Under the pieces are notes generated by a model. It was given only the letters and a program-made list of their open reading frames with translations. It was not told the DNA's origin and made no database searches. Below are positions 54,762 through 55,447 of a stretch of DNA of 55,447 nt, one piece after another. The stretch spans positions 1 to 55,447 of IMG/VR virus record IMGVR_UViG_3300033150_000500, one strand, 5' to 3'. The DNA comes from a virus. Taxonomy: Duplodnaviria > Caudoviricetes. Positions within the stretch are counted from its first letter, which is position 1. Each line of letters starts with the position of its first letter. The translations under genes were made by a program, and so were the position numbers.

Positions 54762-55352
54762 TTAAGCATACTTCCAAATAAATCCTCCTCCTGTTTTTGT
54801 TTTATTCCTACACACTGAGGATATACTACCCTCCCCTATTCCTGTTTCCCTCCCCGCCTGGCTCATTGAATAATATTCTTTTATAAATTTCCCCTCTTTT
54901 GTTAGCTGAATAACAGCCTTGCTATCTTTATTATTTATCCCATTTCGTCTATCACTATCTGCCTTTTTGTTGTTTTCGTCCCATGTCATTATTTGTAAAT
55001 TATCAAGTGTATAGGGTTTATAATCATCTTTACGGTCAAAGGACGGCTTTAACATTATGTCATAATTAGATAATACCCACCCATTAAATAATTTACTGAA
55101 TATGCTTTGCCCTAAAGCCCATATACGTAATTGTGCGATTGTGTATAATGGTAGTGGATGGTTCCTTTTTACTGATTGTGCCTTTTGGGAAGAATAAATC
55201 CTGCCGATCATCCCCACTTCTGTTTTCCTGTATAGTTGTAATTTCTTTTGTTTACATGATTTACAATAATATGAAAGTCCATCATTACTCCCCTTGCTTT
55301 TATGAAACTCATTCAGTGGCTTTAATTCTTTGCATTGTGTACATTTCTTCAT
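54762..55352 (-). CDS. Free-standing HNH-like homing endonuclease with NUMOD1
   Basis: KPSFDRKDDYKPYTLDNL..TW.EN; start placed at MKKCTQC by alignment with the paralogs. Confidence 0.75.
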   Translation of the reverse strand: MKKCTQCKELKPLNEFHKSKGSNDGLSYYCKSCKQKKLQLYRKTEVGMIGRIYSSQKAQSVKRNHPLPLYTIAQLRIWALGQSIFSKLFNGWVLSNYDIMLKPSFDRKDDYKPYTLDNLQIMTWDENNKKADSDRRNGINNKDSKAVIQLTKEGKFIKEYYSMSQAGRETGIGEGSISSVCRNKTKTGGGFIWKYA

Positions 55353-55447
55353 AAATAAAAAACCAGCCGTAGAATTGTAAAACGGTGCAATAATAACCGC
55401 ATCACTCCTTTCGGTAGTGAAATTCATAGCTGGATTTATTTCGTTGT
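55334..55447. repeat. Terminal direct repeat, right copy
   Basis: Identical to 1-114. Confidence 0.97.

Noticed and set aside
1-55447. Genome-wide TAG recoding as in some Bacteroidota phages
   Set aside because: Long genes are intact in the standard code, TAG stops abut downstream starts (e.g. 14873), no suppressor tRNA was seen, and only one internal TAG was found
1-55447. Integrase/repressor lysogeny module
   Set aside because: No tyrosine or serine recombinase, CI-like or ParA motifs recognised; lifestyle cannot be assigned from sequence alone

Overview
The window is an apparently complete, circularly assembled tailed-phage genome. Bases 1-114 repeat exactly at 55334-55447, giving a unit length of 55,333 bp. 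Essentially every credible gene is on the minus strand in the standard genetic code. Repeated TAnnTTTG/TAnnTTGC (-7) and TTG (-33) promoters, A-rich leaders without Shine-Dalgarno sites, and Gln-cleaved signal peptides point to a Bacteroidota host. Modules in transcription order: small early genes (~54.7-44 kb, with non-coding control regions at ~49.4-49.75 kb and ~45.9-46.6 kb); terminase large subunit, small-subunit-like gene, portal and minor head protein; a ~7.3 kb glycan-synthesis/modification cluster inside the head operon; scaffold, major capsid, connectors, a tail chaperone with a -1 frameshift, an 1101-aa tape measure and tail proteins; a lysis-like membrane region with no recognisable endolysin; and recombination/replication genes (Rad52-like, SSB-like, DUF1376 initiator with iterons, helicase, two DNA methyltransferases). 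The glycan cluster holds three GT2s, a DUF616 GT, an ATP-grasp enzyme, a divergent PanD, a sulfotransferase, an SDR epimerase and a methyltransferase. No integrase, repressor, DNA polymerase, tRNA or CRISPR array was recognised. The best candidates for undescribed biology are (1) the glycan cluster, whose PanD lacks the Arg that binds the aspartate beta-carboxylate and is coupled to an ATP-grasp ligase, (2) tail-fibre-like proteins with Sec signal peptides together with the missing endolysin, and (3) several structured non-coding RNAs. These RNAs are c4/CI-like antisense switches before two HNH-like genes and the initiator, a ~165-nt RNA in the lysis region, and a 3'-UTR RNA complementary to early-gene start regions. 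All family assignments are by eye from motifs; no searches were run.
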